From: a candidate division FCPU426 bacterium
Lineage (GTDB): Bacteria; Oederibacteriota; Muellerivitia; Muellerivitales; Muellerivitaceae
DNA length: 64,000 nt
Assembly: GCA_963771075.1 (NCBI GenBank)
Contig: CAVYSE010000007.1
Span: 32,001-96,000, forward strand
Direction of reading: 5' to 3'
Below, piece by piece: positions 48,631 to 61,515 of this stretch. Below the pieces are notes generated by a model. The model was given only the letters and a program-made list of their open reading frames with translations. It made no database searches and was not told the origin of the DNA. The position numbers were made by a program, and so were the translations under genes. Position 1 is the first letter of the stretch. Every line of letters starts with the position of its first letter.

Positions 48631-51600
48631 ATGAGACGCATTCAAGTGATTGGTTTGTCCGCAGCCGTTATCCTGATGGCCGCTTTCGTTGGCTGCAACA
48701 GATCGATCGGCGTTTCACCCACCATGATCGCCCCCCCCGCTCCGACTTCCACTCCCATCGCCTTTTCATCGGGTATTTGGAATATTATTCTTCCGACTGC
48801 GGGAGGCCCCGCGACCTATCCGGCAAATATCATTGAGGGCGGTTCCGTCCTGAACGCAACGGTGACGATTGGCGGTGTAGGTTATTTATTGACAGGTTCA
48901 ATTTCGGGAGCTTCGATTACCTTGTCTGGAAATGGCATTTTAATAACGGGGACTACCACGGGCACATCCATCACCGGGACGGAAAAATATACGGGAACCG
49001 GGTTAGGCCTTTCGAACGGACCAGCTTCTGGGGTCTATGTTGGTTCCGGTTCTGCCCAAACCTCCACCTTTACCCAAACCATTACCGCTTCCTTTACCGC
49101 AACCCCTTCCCTGACGAATACCCTGACGCCGACTCCAACCGGGGCGAAGACCGTTACACCTTCCCCTACAAACACCAATGTTTCAACCGGCACGTGGACA
49201 GTTACGATTCTTCCAACTGGTACTTCCACTTTTTCACCAACCCTGACCGGCACCAATACCCAAGTGCCAGTCCTCAGTTTTACCTATACCTTAACGCCTA
49301 CCCCGACCGGGACAAGCACAGTGACGGCCACCACTACTCCTACCATCACGATCACCAGCACTCCGGGAATCACCCTGACGCCTTACCCCGTGGGAGTTTG
49401 CGGTACCGCCCCGTCGGCCTTCCAGGGAAACTATAATTTCAACTCGGGTATCCAGTGCTGGACGGCCAAGGTGGATAGCGGGACCAACTACATTACCGGT
49501 TTTGGAACCACTAACGAGGTTCAGTACAACGGCCAAAACAGCTTGGTTGTTTCCGTCAACAATCCCACAGGAAGCACGGTGACGGTCAGCATTGATTTCA
49601 TCATTGCCATTGCCACAAACCAGGTTTTGACGGGCGGGTCCATCTCGGGTTACGCGATGGTCGATTCGAATTTAATGAGTGGCGGCCCCCAAGCGCAGGC
49701 CTATAACATCAGCGATGGAGTGACGCCTCCCACTTACAATTTTGATGACGCGAACAATAATTGGCCCAATGTCTTGTCCACGGGTTGGGTTCAAACGACT
49801 CAAAGCGCCGTAGTAAACACGGATACCCAGCAAGTGGGTATCCAGGTGTTCAAGGTGGCGATCCCGGCGGGTCAATCCGGCAACATTTACCTTGCGGATG
49901 TGACCATTAATGCCCCGACGATTCCCACTAATACCATAACCGCGACACCCACCCAAACGCCTACTATCACCCAAACGCCTACAACCACACCAACGGTCAC
50001 TATCACGAGTACGCCGGGCATTACCCTGACGCCTTACCCCGTGGGAGTTTGCGGCACCGCCCCGTCGGCCTTCCAGGCGAACTATAATTTCAACTCAGGT
50101 ATCCAGTGTTGGACGGCCAAGGTGGACAGCGGGACCAATTACATCACCGGTTTCGGTACCACTAATGAGGTTCAGTACAACGGCCAAAATACCTTGGTTG
50201 TTTCCGTCAACAATCCCACTGGGAGCACGGTGACGGTCAGTATTGATTTCATCATTGCCATCGCCACAAACCAGGTTCTGACGGGCGGGTCTATCTCGGG
50301 TTACGCGATGGTAGATTCGAATTTAATGAGTGGCGGCCCCCAAGCGCAGGCATACAACATCAGCGATGGAGTGACGCCTCCCACTTACAATTTTGATGAC
50401 GCGAACAATAATTGGCCCAACGTCTTGTCCACGGGCTGGGTTCAAACGACTCAAAGCGCGGTGGTGAACACGGAAACCCAGCAGGTGGGTATCCAAGTGT
50501 TCAAGGTGGCGATCCCAGCGGGTCAGTCTGGCAACATTTACCTGGCGGACGTGAACATCAATATACCGACAGTTTCAACACCAACGGCTACCGCGACCCC
50601 GACATTAACATCCACGCCGACCGCGACTATCACCAGCACTCCGGGAATCACCTTAACGCCTTACGCGAACGTAACGCCCTGCGCGGTCGCCCCGGCCGTG
50701 TTCCAAGCAAACTACAACTTTACTTCCGGCACCCAGTGTTGGACAGCCAAGGTGGACAGCGGTACCAATTACATCACCGGGTTTGGAACCACTTCCGATA
50801 TCCAATACAACGGCCAAAATAGCTTGGTTGTTTCGGTCAACAATCCCACTGGGAGCACGGTGACGGTCAGTATTGATTTCATCATTGCCATCGCCACAAA
50901 CCAGGTTCTGACGGGCGGGTCTATCTCGGGTTACGCGATGGTAGATTCGAATTTAATGAGTGGCGGCCCCCAAGCGCAGGCATACAACATCAGCGATGGA
51001 GTGACGCCTCCCACTTACAATTTTGATGACGCGAACAATAATTGGCCCAACGTCTTGTCCACGGGCTGGGTTCAAACGACTCAAAGCGCGGTGGTGAACA
51101 CGGAAACCCAGCAGGTGGGTATCCAAGTGTTCAAGGTGGCGATTCCAGCGGGTCAGTCCGGCAACATTTATCTTGCCGACGTGAGTATTACCTCCTCGAC
51201 GATACCTACTGCGACCATTACGGCAACGCCCACTCCGACAGGCACGCCCACTCCGACAAGCACGCCCACCATGACCTCTTCGCCCACATCAACCGCCACC
51301 ATCACCAACACGCCTGGCATTACCCTGACGCCTTACCCCGTGGGAGTTTGCGGTTCAGCACCTGCCGCCTTCCTATCGAACTACAACTTCACCGCAGGCA
51401 TCCAGTGCTGGACGGCCAAGGTGGATAGCGGGACCAATTACATTACCGGTTTTGGAACCACTTCCGAAGTCCAGTACAACGGCCAAAATACTTTGGTCGT
51501 AAACGTCACCAACCCAACCGGAAGCACGGTGACGGTCAGCATTGATTTCATCATTGCCATCGCCACAAGCCAGGTCATGACGGGCGGGTCCATCTCGGGT

Positions 51601-53025
51601 TACGCGATGGTAGATTCAAATTTAACCACTGGTAGCCCGCAGGCCCAGGCTTATAACATCAGCAATGGAGTGACACCTCCCACTTACAATTTTGATGACG
51701 CGAATAACAACTGGCCTTCCATCACTTCGACGGCATTTGCCCAGGCCATTCAAAGCTCCGTGGTGAATACGAATACCCAGCAGGTAGGCATTCAGGTATT
51801 TAACGTGGCGATACCAGCGGGGCAATCCGGCAATATTTACCTCGCGGACGTGAATATCACGTCGCCTAACACGCCCACGATCACCGCGACACCTACGGTG
51901 ACCGGTACACCTACCATCACCAACACGACCATACCTGGAGCGACTGTCACAAATACCCCGACGGTCACCTCGACGAATACGACCGTTCCCGCGACGGCTT
52001 GTACGGTCCTGTTCAACGCTTGCGACACGCTTCTGGACAACGGGAATTGGACCACCACGTCGGCCAATGACGCGGCTCCGGTTATTACGAGTTCCCACTC
52101 AACCCAGGGAACAGGCGCGATTCAAGTCGATGTCACCAATCCCACGAATTACAACCAGTTCCTCAAGCTGAATTCGGTGGATCCATCGAACTGGAGCGGT
52201 GTCTCTTTCGTGCTAGTCGATGTATACGTGGATTCGACTATTCCGGCCGGGACCACTTATTGTCAATTGACCTTGGCCGCTGATACGACGGGCGGCCCTT
52301 ATGGTTCGTCCATCTGTCCTAATGCGCCCACCCTCGTTCCTGGACAGCAAACCGTTGCCATCCCCATTAATTTTTCCGCCGGGACGATTCCGGTCGGATC
52401 GCCTCTATCCGGCCTTTATTTCATCCTGAATTGCGGGGGTACCACCCCGGCCAACGCCGGGAACATCTATATCGACAATGTTCGGCTGGTTTACGCGAAT
52501 TCCAATTCTCCAGCAAACCTATGCGGCCCCGTACCGGTCTACAGCGCGAACTTCGATGATAATTCAACGGATGGCTGGGCCAAGAATAACTGGTTTTCGG
52601 GAAGTGCCGGCGAAGTGCTTAGCGTGGTCTCGCCTGGTTACCCGGGTGCGGGTTACTGCTTGAACGATTACGTGCCCTTCACTGCCGGAGGCCAACAGGA
52701 GGCCTTGGCCTATACCTTCCCAGCCGCGACGGATTTGACGGGTCGAACCCTTCAGGCTGATTTGTGGATTGATTCATCGATCAACAGCGGGTATCCGGGT
52801 GGTTACCTATTCGTGCAGAGCGGCGCTTGGATCGAAGAGCAAGGTCCCGGCAGTTGGAATAACTTGACCCCCAACGCCTGGAACCGGATTACCTTTACGC
52901 CCACTTGGACGGTTACAGCGGGTGAAGACTCCACGAATGTCCTTCAGGTCGGTGCGATCTTTTCGACGGGTTCGGGCACCATCGGTGCCGGTAATGTTAA
53001 AGTCGATAATTTCATTATTTATTAA
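48631..53025 (+). CDS. Giant surface lipoprotein with four tandem 181-aa modules and two further jelly-roll-like domains
   Basis: FVGC lipobox; N-domain paralogous to the 45176 gene; modules end GNIYLADV; C-terminal domains end NIYIDNVRL and VKVDNFIIY. Confidence 0.8.
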   Translation: MRRIQVIGLSAAVILMAAFVGCNRSIGVSPTMIAPPAPTSTPIAFSSGIWNIILPTAGGPATYPANIIEGGSVLNATVTIGGVGYLLTGSISGASITLSGNGILITGTTTGTSITGTEKYTGTGLGLSNGPASGVYVGSGSAQTSTFTQTITASFTATPSLTNTLTPTPTGAKTVTPSPTNTNVSTGTWTVTILPTGTSTFSPTLTGTNTQVPVLSFTYTLTPTPTGTSTVTATTTPTITITSTPGITLTPYPVGVCGTAPSAFQGNYNFNSGIQCWTAKVDSGTNYITGFGTTNEVQYNGQNSLVVSVNNPTGSTVTVSIDFIIAIATNQVLTGGSISGYAMVDSNLMSGGPQAQAYNISDGVTPPTYNFDDANNNWPNVLSTGWVQTTQSAVVNTDTQQVGIQVFKVAIPAGQSGNIYLADVTINAPTIPTNTITATPTQTPTITQTPTTTPTVTITSTPGITLTPYPVGVCGTAPSAFQANYNFNSGIQCWTAKVDSGTNYITGFGTTNEVQYNGQNTLVVSVNNPTGSTVTVSIDFIIAIATNQVLTGGSISGYAMVDSNLMSGGPQAQAYNISDGVTPPTYNFDDANNNWPNVLSTGWVQTTQSAVVNTETQQVGIQVFKVAIPAGQSGNIYLADVNINIPTVSTPTATATPTLTSTPTATITSTPGITLTPYANVTPCAVAPAVFQANYNFTSGTQCWTAKVDSGTNYITGFGTTSDIQYNGQNSLVVSVNNPTGSTVTVSIDFIIAIATNQVLTGGSISGYAMVDSNLMSGGPQAQAYNISDGVTPPTYNFDDANNNWPNVLSTGWVQTTQSAVVNTETQQVGIQVFKVAIPAGQSGNIYLADVSITSSTIPTATITATPTPTGTPTPTSTPTMTSSPTSTATITNTPGITLTPYPVGVCGSAPAAFLSNYNFTAGIQCWTAKVDSGTNYITGFGTTSEVQYNGQNTLVVNVTNPTGSTVTVSIDFIIAIATSQVMTGGSISGYAMVDSNLTTGSPQAQAYNISNGVTPPTYNFDDANNNWPSITSTAFAQAIQSSVVNTNTQQVGIQVFNVAIPAGQSGNIYLADVNITSPNTPTITATPTVTGTPTITNTTIPGATVTNTPTVTSTNTTVPATACTVLFNACDTLLDNGNWTTTSANDAAPVITSSHSTQGTGAIQVDVTNPTNYNQFLKLNSVDPSNWSGVSFVLVDVYVDSTIPAGTTYCQLTLAADTTGGPYGSSICPNAPTLVPGQQTVAIPINFSAGTIPVGSPLSGLYFILNCGGTTPANAGNIYIDNVRLVYANSNSPANLCGPVPVYSANFDDNSTDGWAKNNWFSGSAGEVLSVVSPGYPGAGYCLNDYVPFTAGGQQEALAYTFPAATDLTGRTLQADLWIDSSINSGYPGGYLFVQSGAWIEEQGPGSWNNLTPNAWNRITFTPTWTVTAGEDSTNVLQVGAIFSTGSGTIGAGNVKVDNFIIY
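49360..51852 (+). repeat. Four tandem ~543-bp coding repeats (49360-49902, 50011-50553, 50638-51183, 51310-51852); fifth copy at 45812-46354
   Basis: Near-identical DNA and protein; units 2 and 3 appear identical over about 300 bp (offset 630). Confidence 0.95.
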
Positions 53026-53040
53026 TAAGTAGGATAAATA

Positions 53041-53080
53041 AAAAAAGCGGCTGCTCTTTGAGGGCGCCGCTTTTTATTTT
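53041..53080 (+). terminator. Intrinsic terminator
   Basis: AAAAAAGCGGC...GCCGCTTTTTATTTT. Confidence 0.8.
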
Positions 53081-53184
53081 ATAGGGTCGATTTAGAGTAG
53101 TTCTGTTTTCTCGGGCAAATCGGTATAACAGGTTGTTTCCCCTAATAACTTGAATTCGAAGGGTGGATATCCCACAATCCAAGT

Positions 53185-55169
<1,985 letters not shown>

Positions 55170-55173
<4 letters not shown>

Positions 55174-57008
55174 ACCCCTTAACGTCCGATCCCGCCACGC
55201 TACCTGATCCGTTTGATTCTTCACTGCGAACATTAAAGAGAACGGCGGCGGCCTTTCCTGATTCCCCCGGGGTCTACCTCTTCCGGAATGCTCAGGGCAA
55301 AGTGATCTATGTGGGAAAGGCGCTATCGCTAAAAAAAAGAACCGCTTCCTATTTTAACGCCGCGGGTCAAGAAACCCCCAAAGTCAGGGCGTTGACGCGA
55401 CAATCCTCTTCGCTGGAATATGTGTTGACGGAGGATGAAAGCCAGGCTTTGCTCCTTGAAAGCAACCTCATCAAGAAGCATCGGCCACGCTACAACGTGG
55501 TATTGCGGGATGACAAAAGTTATCCCTATCTCAAACTGACCGTAAAAGAGAATTTTCCGAGGATACTCATTTCCCGGCGCACCTTGGGCGACGGGGCGCG
55601 TTATTACGGGCCCTTTCCCAATCTCAAGGTGCGGGAAATCGTGAAAATGATCCATCGGTTCTTCAACCTGCGCGACTGCGACATCGAAATCGACGGAAAT
55701 TCTGATAGGGCCTGTGTGAGTTATCAAATTCGGCAATGCCCGGCACCCTGTACGGGCCAAGCGACCAAGACGGATTATGGCAAATTGGTCAAGCGGGTCC
55801 AATGGTTCTTGGAGGGTAGGCATGAGGAATTAATCCAATACGTTCGTGAACAAATGCACGCAGAAGCCGGCCGCCAGGAATTCGAGGAAGCTGCCAAGTT
55901 GAGGGACCTGCTTGGATCGCTAGAAAAACTTCAAGTTGAAAGCGCGGTCATTACGGCCGAAAAGCGGGACTTGGATGTGGTAGCCCTCGCCCTGGGGTTG
56001 GGAAAGGTCTTGGCTTCGGTCTTGAGGGTCCGCCAGGGTAAGGTGGTGGACCATGCCCGGTTGACCCTGGATAACGAGATGGAACAAGAACTTCCGGATG
56101 TTTTGCCCCTTTTTCTCCAGCAACTTTACTCAGGCGGACTTTTTATACCCGAGGAAATTCTAATACCCCAGAATTTCCCGCTCTCCCTTGAAGTCACGAA
56201 GAAGTTGGGTGAATGGCGGGGCGGGAAGGTCATGCTGACCCTGCCGCAGGAGGAATGGCATCAAAAACTAATGGAAATGGCCGAAAGCAACGTTTTGTCC
56301 GTCTTGCGGGAGGATCTTCGCCAGTTGGAAGTCCTTAAGGAAATCCAGGGCCTTTTGGGTTTATCCCAACTTCCGCGCTTGATCGCATGTTTTGACATTT
56401 CAACGCTCCAAGGAGCCCACACGGTAGGTTCCGCGGTATTGTTCCGTGATGGCGTGCCTGATAAGGATCGATACCGAAAATTCAAAATAAGGGAACAGGA
56501 TGGGCAAGACGACTTTCGGGCCCATGAGGAAATGATGCGCAGATATATTCGTTTGGTGGGGCGGGAAGGGTTGCCTTTTCCGGATCTTTTTTTGATCGAT
56601 GGGGGAAAGGGGCAGATTAACGCGGTTTGGCCCGTTTTACTCAAGGAATTCGGAAAGGAATTCGGGTTAGCTTCCCTCGCCAAAAGGGAAGAAGAAGTGT
56701 TTGTCCCCGGGAAACCGGACCCTATCGATTTTAGGGGGCATTTAAAAGCCCGTTTTTTATTGCAAAAGATCCGGGATGAATCCCACCGGTTCGCTATAGG
56801 CTATCATCGCACATTGAGGGACAAGCAAACCTTGGACTCGCTTCTCCAAAAGGTTACCGGTATTGGGCCATCACGCTTTCGCGCGCTTTTCAATCGGTTT
56901 GAGACATTGGAGCAGATGAAAAAGGCCTCGCCCGAGGATTTGGCCTCCGTAGATGGGTTTTCAAACGAATTAGCGATTCGGCTTTTTGAAGCTTTACACG
57001 CAAAATAA
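55170..57008 (+). CDS. uvrC: Excinuclease ABC subunit C
   Basis: PGVYLF...[42 protein letters not shown], HhH tail. Confidence 0.98.
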
Positions 57009-57154
57009 GAACCAAGTTATTGCCATGGATGATCGTTGTTTTTATGAATTTATGGCCAATTTTGAACTTTCCGGTATTTAAAGCCACTTCGTCAAAAATT
57101 TCACAAACCTCAAGCTAAGTGTTACAATTCAACCATATCTCAAAAATAGTCCTA

Positions 57155-57172
57155 TAGTCAATTTTGTGACTA
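57155..57172. promoter_or_regulatory. Palindromic operator candidate upstream of the two-component operon
   Basis: TAGTCA-N6-TGACTA perfect inverted repeat; partial copy GTCAAAAATTTCAC near 57091. Confidence 0.4.
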
Positions 57173-57194
57173 AGGCCTGGGAACCTCCTAATCC

Positions 57195-59081
57195 ATGAAA
57201 GCAAATAAACCCGTTTTTCGAGGGAGTGTTTTAGCCGAATGGGTGAGTCGGACCCTATTCGTAGGCATTGTCATATTGTTCGTCTATGGCGGTTTTGCCT
57301 ATTACGTTTCGAAAAAAACTTTTGATGACGAGATGGGAAACCGTTTATTAGTCATCGCACGGTTAACCGCTGGGCAGACGCCGACGGATTGGCTGCCTTA
57401 TTTGGAAGGTAAAGAAGACACCCTCTATCGGAAGCTTCAAGTTTTTTTGGATCAAAAAAAACATGAAAGTCAGGCGCGAAATATCTTTATTTTGGACGAG
57501 AGTGGACGCGTCCTTGTGGATGCCAATGGCCAGTATGAGTTTAAGGAAACGAATTGGTTGAAGGATTTGGATCCTGAACCCTTCAAGCGAGCGGTTCAGG
57601 GTGTACCCGCGGTTTCGATCCTATTCGCGGAAATGGACGGGGGCATCTATAAGATCGGATATAGCCCTCTATTGCTCAAAAATGGAAGGGTTGGTGCGGT
57701 TTTAGGGGTGGAAGCCAGTGCCGACTTCATGGATGGCTTAAACCAATTCGCTAAAATTTTATTATTATTCGGACTAGTCTGTCTTTTTTTGATGGGCGGG
57801 CTTCTTTTCGCTTTTGGCAGGCGTTTTATCGCCCCCATCGAGGAGATGGCGGCCTTTTCCATCAAGATTGCGGAAGGGGATTTCAGCCAGCGAGTCGGCT
57901 TTTCCGCTACGAACGAATTGGGCGCCTTGGCCCACGCTTTCAACGAGATGGCCAAGCGCATGCAAACGCACAATGAATATATCCTGGAAAGTATGTCGAA
58001 CGGCCTGCTGGTAGTGGACTGGAGGGGAACGGTGACAAGTTTCAACCGGGCGGCTTCGATGATCCTGGATATTCCTCAAGGAGAGGTCTTAGGCCTTCAC
58101 TACGCGGAGGCCTTTCGGCATTTTCCGGTGTTAAACCACGCGATTAAAACCCGTTTGACCCAAAGAGGGAGGCGGGAAGACACCGTGATTAATTTAAGCG
58201 AGGATGAGCCCAAGTTTCTTAACCTTCGAAGCGCTCCCCTTTTGGGGGCGGACGGGCAGGAATTAGGCATGGAAATCCTTTTCTCGGATGAGACGCAGCT
58301 TCGCAAACTTCAATCCCAAATCAAAGCTTCTGAAAAAATGGCGACTATTGGCGAATTAGCGGCGGGTATCGCGCATGAAATTAGGAACCCCTTGGGAGCC
58401 ATGAAAGGCTTCACCGAGATACTATCCAAAAAAATAAAAAACCAACCGGAGGCAAAAGAAATCGTTTCGGATATTGCCTCCGAAATAGAGATCCTGAATA
58501 AAATCGTCACTAATTTTTTGATTTTCGCGCGTCCCGCGACCTTGGAAACGCAGGATGCGGACGCGACGGAGGTGATCCAGGCCCTTCTCCCGTTGGTGCA
58601 ACAGGAAGCCTCCCAAAAAGGAGTGCAGGTGCTTTGGAAGGGAAAGAAGCCGATTTGGCTTTGCCTGGACGTGGAACAGTTTCGCCGGGCGGTATTGAAT
58701 TTGACGCTCAACGCGGTTCAAGCCTCACCCAAGGGTGGGCGGATCACACTAGGGATTGAGAGCTTTACACGTGCGGAATTGGTTCAACACATCCAAACCC
58801 AGGGTTACACCCAGTTGTTTCCCCCGGAGACGGAGCCCCATTGGTGCGGTTTTTGGGTGGAGGATGAAGGACAGGGCATCGCTCCCGAAAACATTTCCAA
58901 ATTATTCACGCCGTTTTTCACGACCAAAACCGAGGGGTTCGGCCTTGGCCTATCCATCACCCGGAAAATCGCAGAGGCCTTAGGCGGACAAGTGGCAGGA
59001 ATGAATCGGCCTGAAGGGGGAGCTCGGTTTCTCATGATCCTGCCGGCTCTTAAAACTAAATCGGAGGTAACTAACCTATGA
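57195..59081 (+). CDS. Sensor histidine kinase (periplasmic sensor, HAMP, PAS, HisKA, HATPase)
   Basis: GELAAGIAHEIRNPL H-box, NLTLNAVQA N-box, DEGQGI, PFFTTK..GFGLGL. Confidence 0.96.
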   Translation: MKANKPVFRGSVLAEWVSRTLFVGIVILFVYGGFAYYVSKKTFDDEMGNRLLVIARLTAGQTPTDWLPYLEGKEDTLYRKLQVFLDQKKHESQARNIFILDESGRVLVDANGQYEFKETNWLKDLDPEPFKRAVQGVPAVSILFAEMDGGIYKIGYSPLLLKNGRVGAVLGVEASADFMDGLNQFAKILLLFGLVCLFLMGGLLFAFGRRFIAPIEEMAAFSIKIAEGDFSQRVGFSATNELGALAHAFNEMAKRMQTHNEYILESMSNGLLVVDWRGTVTSFNRAASMILDIPQGEVLGLHYAEAFRHFPVLNHAIKTRLTQRGRREDTVINLSEDEPKFLNLRSAPLLGADGQELGMEILFSDETQLRKLQSQIKASEKMATIGELAAGIAHEIRNPLGAMKGFTEILSKKIKNQPEAKEIVSDIASEIEILNKIVTNFLIFARPATLETQDADATEVIQALLPLVQQEASQKGVQVLWKGKKPIWLCLDVEQFRRAVLNLTLNAVQASPKGGRITLGIESFTRAELVQHIQTQGYTQLFPPETEPHWCGFWVEDEGQGIAPENISKLFTPFFTTKTEGFGLGLSITRKIAEALGGQVAGMNRPEGGARFLMILPALKTKSEVTNL

Positions 59082-60472
59082 GCACCATATTGCTCGTGGA
59101 CGATAAATCCAGCATGCGAAAGGTGTTGCACCAGACACTGGAAAATGATTCCCATCAGATTCTGGAAGCGGAGGATGGCGAAAAGGCGTTGGAAATCATT
59201 AAAACAAAACACGTGGATGTGATCATCACCGACATCAAGATGCCCCGCGTGGATGGAATGACATTGCTCCGCATGATCAAGGAACTGGACTCGGAAATTG
59301 TGGTCATCATCATGACGGCTTATGGGACGATTGAAACGGCGGTCGAGGCCATGAAACTTGGCGCCTATGATTACATCACCAAACCCTTTTCCACCGAACA
59401 GGTCAAATTGACAGTGGATAAAGCCGTGGAAAGACAGAAGCTGGTTTATGAAAATAAATATTTGAGGGAAAAACTCAACGACCAGTACAACTATAAGCGA
59501 ATTGTTGGAAACAGCCCCTCCATGCAGCCGGTGTATGAGCTTATCGACAAGGTGGCGCCGACGGACACGGCGGTCCTAATCCGGGGTGATTCGGGAACGG
59601 GGAAGGAACTGGTTGCCCATGCCATTCACTTCAACAGTCGCCGGAAGGACCGGCCCTTTATCAAGGTGAATTGCGCGGTCTTGGCCGAAGGGGTCTTGGA
59701 GAGCGAGCTTTTTGGCCATGAGCGCGGTTCATTTACGGGCGCGGCTGGAAAAAGGATCGGACGTTTTGAGTTGGCGAGCGGCGGCTCCATATTTCTGGAT
59801 GAAATCGGGGACATTAGCCTTTCCACCCAGGTCAAGCTTTTAAGGGTACTTCAAGAAAAGGAATTTGAGCGGGTGGGTGGAACGGAAAATATTCATGCGG
59901 ATGTTCGGGTCATTGCCGCGACGAACAAGAACCTGGAGGAAGGCATCAAGAAGGGCCAGTTTCGGGAAGACCTGTTTTTCAGGCTGAATGTCGTTCCGAT
60001 TGTCGTGCCTCCTTTGCGGGAACGAAGGGAGGATATCGAGCGTCTTGCCCAGCATTTCCTGAATCGTTATGGGTTGGAAGCCAATAAAAAAATCAACAAG
60101 ATCGATAAAAAAGCCTTGGACTTATTGATACGCTACAACTGGCCCGGAAATGTCAGGGAACTGGAAAACGCGATTCAAAGGGCGGTTGTCCTATCCGATG
60201 CGGACACCATATATCCATCCAACCTTCCGCTGGATATCCAGTCCTTTCAGAAGGACGAGGCGATGCTTTATTTGGGCGACAACGCCAGTCTCACCGCGAA
60301 AGTTGAGAATTACGAAAAGGAACTTATCCTGAAATCCATGGAAAAGGCAAATCACGTGCAAACCAAAGCCGCGAAATTATTGGATATTAATCGGACCGCT
60401 CTTATCTATAAATTAAAAAAATATGGTCTTTTATCGGACAATGTCGACGATGGAGATGAAGAATCAAAATGA
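59078..60472 (+). CDS. Sigma54-dependent response regulator (NtrC/AtoC family)
   Basis: Receiver (LVDD, DIKMP, KP), GDSGTGKE, ESELFGHERGSFTGA, FLDEIG, WPGNVRELEN, Fis-type HTH. Confidence 0.97.
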   Translation: MSTILLVDDKSSMRKVLHQTLENDSHQILEAEDGEKALEIIKTKHVDVIITDIKMPRVDGMTLLRMIKELDSEIVVIIMTAYGTIETAVEAMKLGAYDYITKPFSTEQVKLTVDKAVERQKLVYENKYLREKLNDQYNYKRIVGNSPSMQPVYELIDKVAPTDTAVLIRGDSGTGKELVAHAIHFNSRRKDRPFIKVNCAVLAEGVLESELFGHERGSFTGAAGKRIGRFELASGGSIFLDEIGDISLSTQVKLLRVLQEKEFERVGGTENIHADVRVIAATNKNLEEGIKKGQFREDLFFRLNVVPIVVPPLRERREDIERLAQHFLNRYGLEANKKINKIDKKALDLLIRYNWPGNVRELENAIQRAVVLSDADTIYPSNLPLDIQSFQKDEAMLYLGDNASLTAKVENYEKELILKSMEKANHVQTKAAKLLDINRTALIYKLKKYGLLSDNVDDGDEESK

Positions 60473-61515
60473 ATTGGATGGTTTGTACCCTGGGAATCCT
60501 GGCTTTCTGGGCCGGGGATCCCCTTAGGGGCCTATCCCAGGACCTGCCGACACCCGGGGGATCACCCGCCGCGATGACGCCAACCCCGAAAGTTTCTTCT
60601 TCAAACACCGGGTTCGAAACTCAAAGCCGGGAAAGTACGACATTGTTTGCGGATCCAGGAGCCTATGGCCCGGTCATGGATCGATTTGAAAGTGAAACCC
60701 GGGCGCAAGTGGAAAAATTAAACTCGATTAAATTAATCCAGGAAAAAATGCAAGTCCAGATACAAATCCTGGAATCCAAGGCCCAAACTCTCCGTGATCG
60801 AAATCGATCCTCCCTCAACGTTTTCGAGGATGCCAAGCTCAAGGGCACTCTAGGCGAACTTCAGCAGAAGCTGGCTGAAAATTCCAGGCTGGAAAAACAA
60901 TATCAAGTATACCGGAACGATTTTGAGCAAAAGGCCCTTTCCTTGATCGCTTTTTATAATGACTGGATCGAGGCAAACCTGACTCCTCCCAAAAATCCAT
61001 CGCCTTCCGCCTTGGATGAACGATTGATGGGTCTTATTCGGGTTGTCAAGAAACGAACTATATTGCAGGACCTGCTTCGCCATTATGGGACTCCGGAAGA
61101 AAAAGAACCGAAGTACAAGACCACTGATTTTAAGGGGTTGGATCCCAGCGACGAGGAAGGAAAACGTATGGCCATGGATCTTTTGCGTGACCGTAAAAAA
61201 AATATTAGCGACAGACTGGATCGCCTTTCCTTGGAGGAAGATGAGATTAAGAATGAGATAAAACTTCAGGGTAAATTGCAGGATTTTATGGAGGACATCC
61301 AGCGAATGAACGAAGATTCTTCATTTCCAAGGGGAAGTTTACGCCGAAATGATATTCAAGGTTATTTCGGAGACAAATCCAGGAACGTCCTTGGGGAACG
61401 GTTGTCACAATTGGAGAAGGAAATAGGAATTGATCAACAAATCCTGGCCCAAATGAACGCCTCCATTGCCCGGTTAGAATCAGGGGCGGGAGAAAAAAGA
61501 GGAGATCGCCCATGA
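60469..61515 (+). CDS. Hypothetical exported coiled-coil protein
   Basis: Signal-like N-terminus, heptad-rich helices, coupled to the regulator gene. Confidence 0.75.
   Translation: MNWMVCTLGILAFWAGDPLRGLSQDLPTPGGSPAAMTPTPKVSSSNTGFETQSRESTTLFADPGAYGPVMDRFESETRAQVEKLNSIKLIQEKMQVQIQILESKAQTLRDRNRSSLNVFEDAKLKGTLGELQQKLAENSRLEKQYQVYRNDFEQKALSLIAFYNDWIEANLTPPKNPSPSALDERLMGLIRVVKKRTILQDLLRHYGTPEEKEPKYKTTDFKGLDPSDEEGKRMAMDLLRDRKKNISDRLDRLSLEEDEIKNEIKLQGKLQDFMEDIQRMNEDSSFPRGSLRRNDIQGYFGDKSRNVLGERLSQLEKEIGIDQQILAQMNASIARLESGAGEKRGDRP

Noticed and set aside
45812..51852. Near-identical repeats as a DGR template/variable pair or a CRISPR array
   Set aside because: Repeats are ~543-bp in-frame coding modules, differences are not adenine-specific, and there is no reverse transcriptase, cas gene or repeat-spacer pattern.
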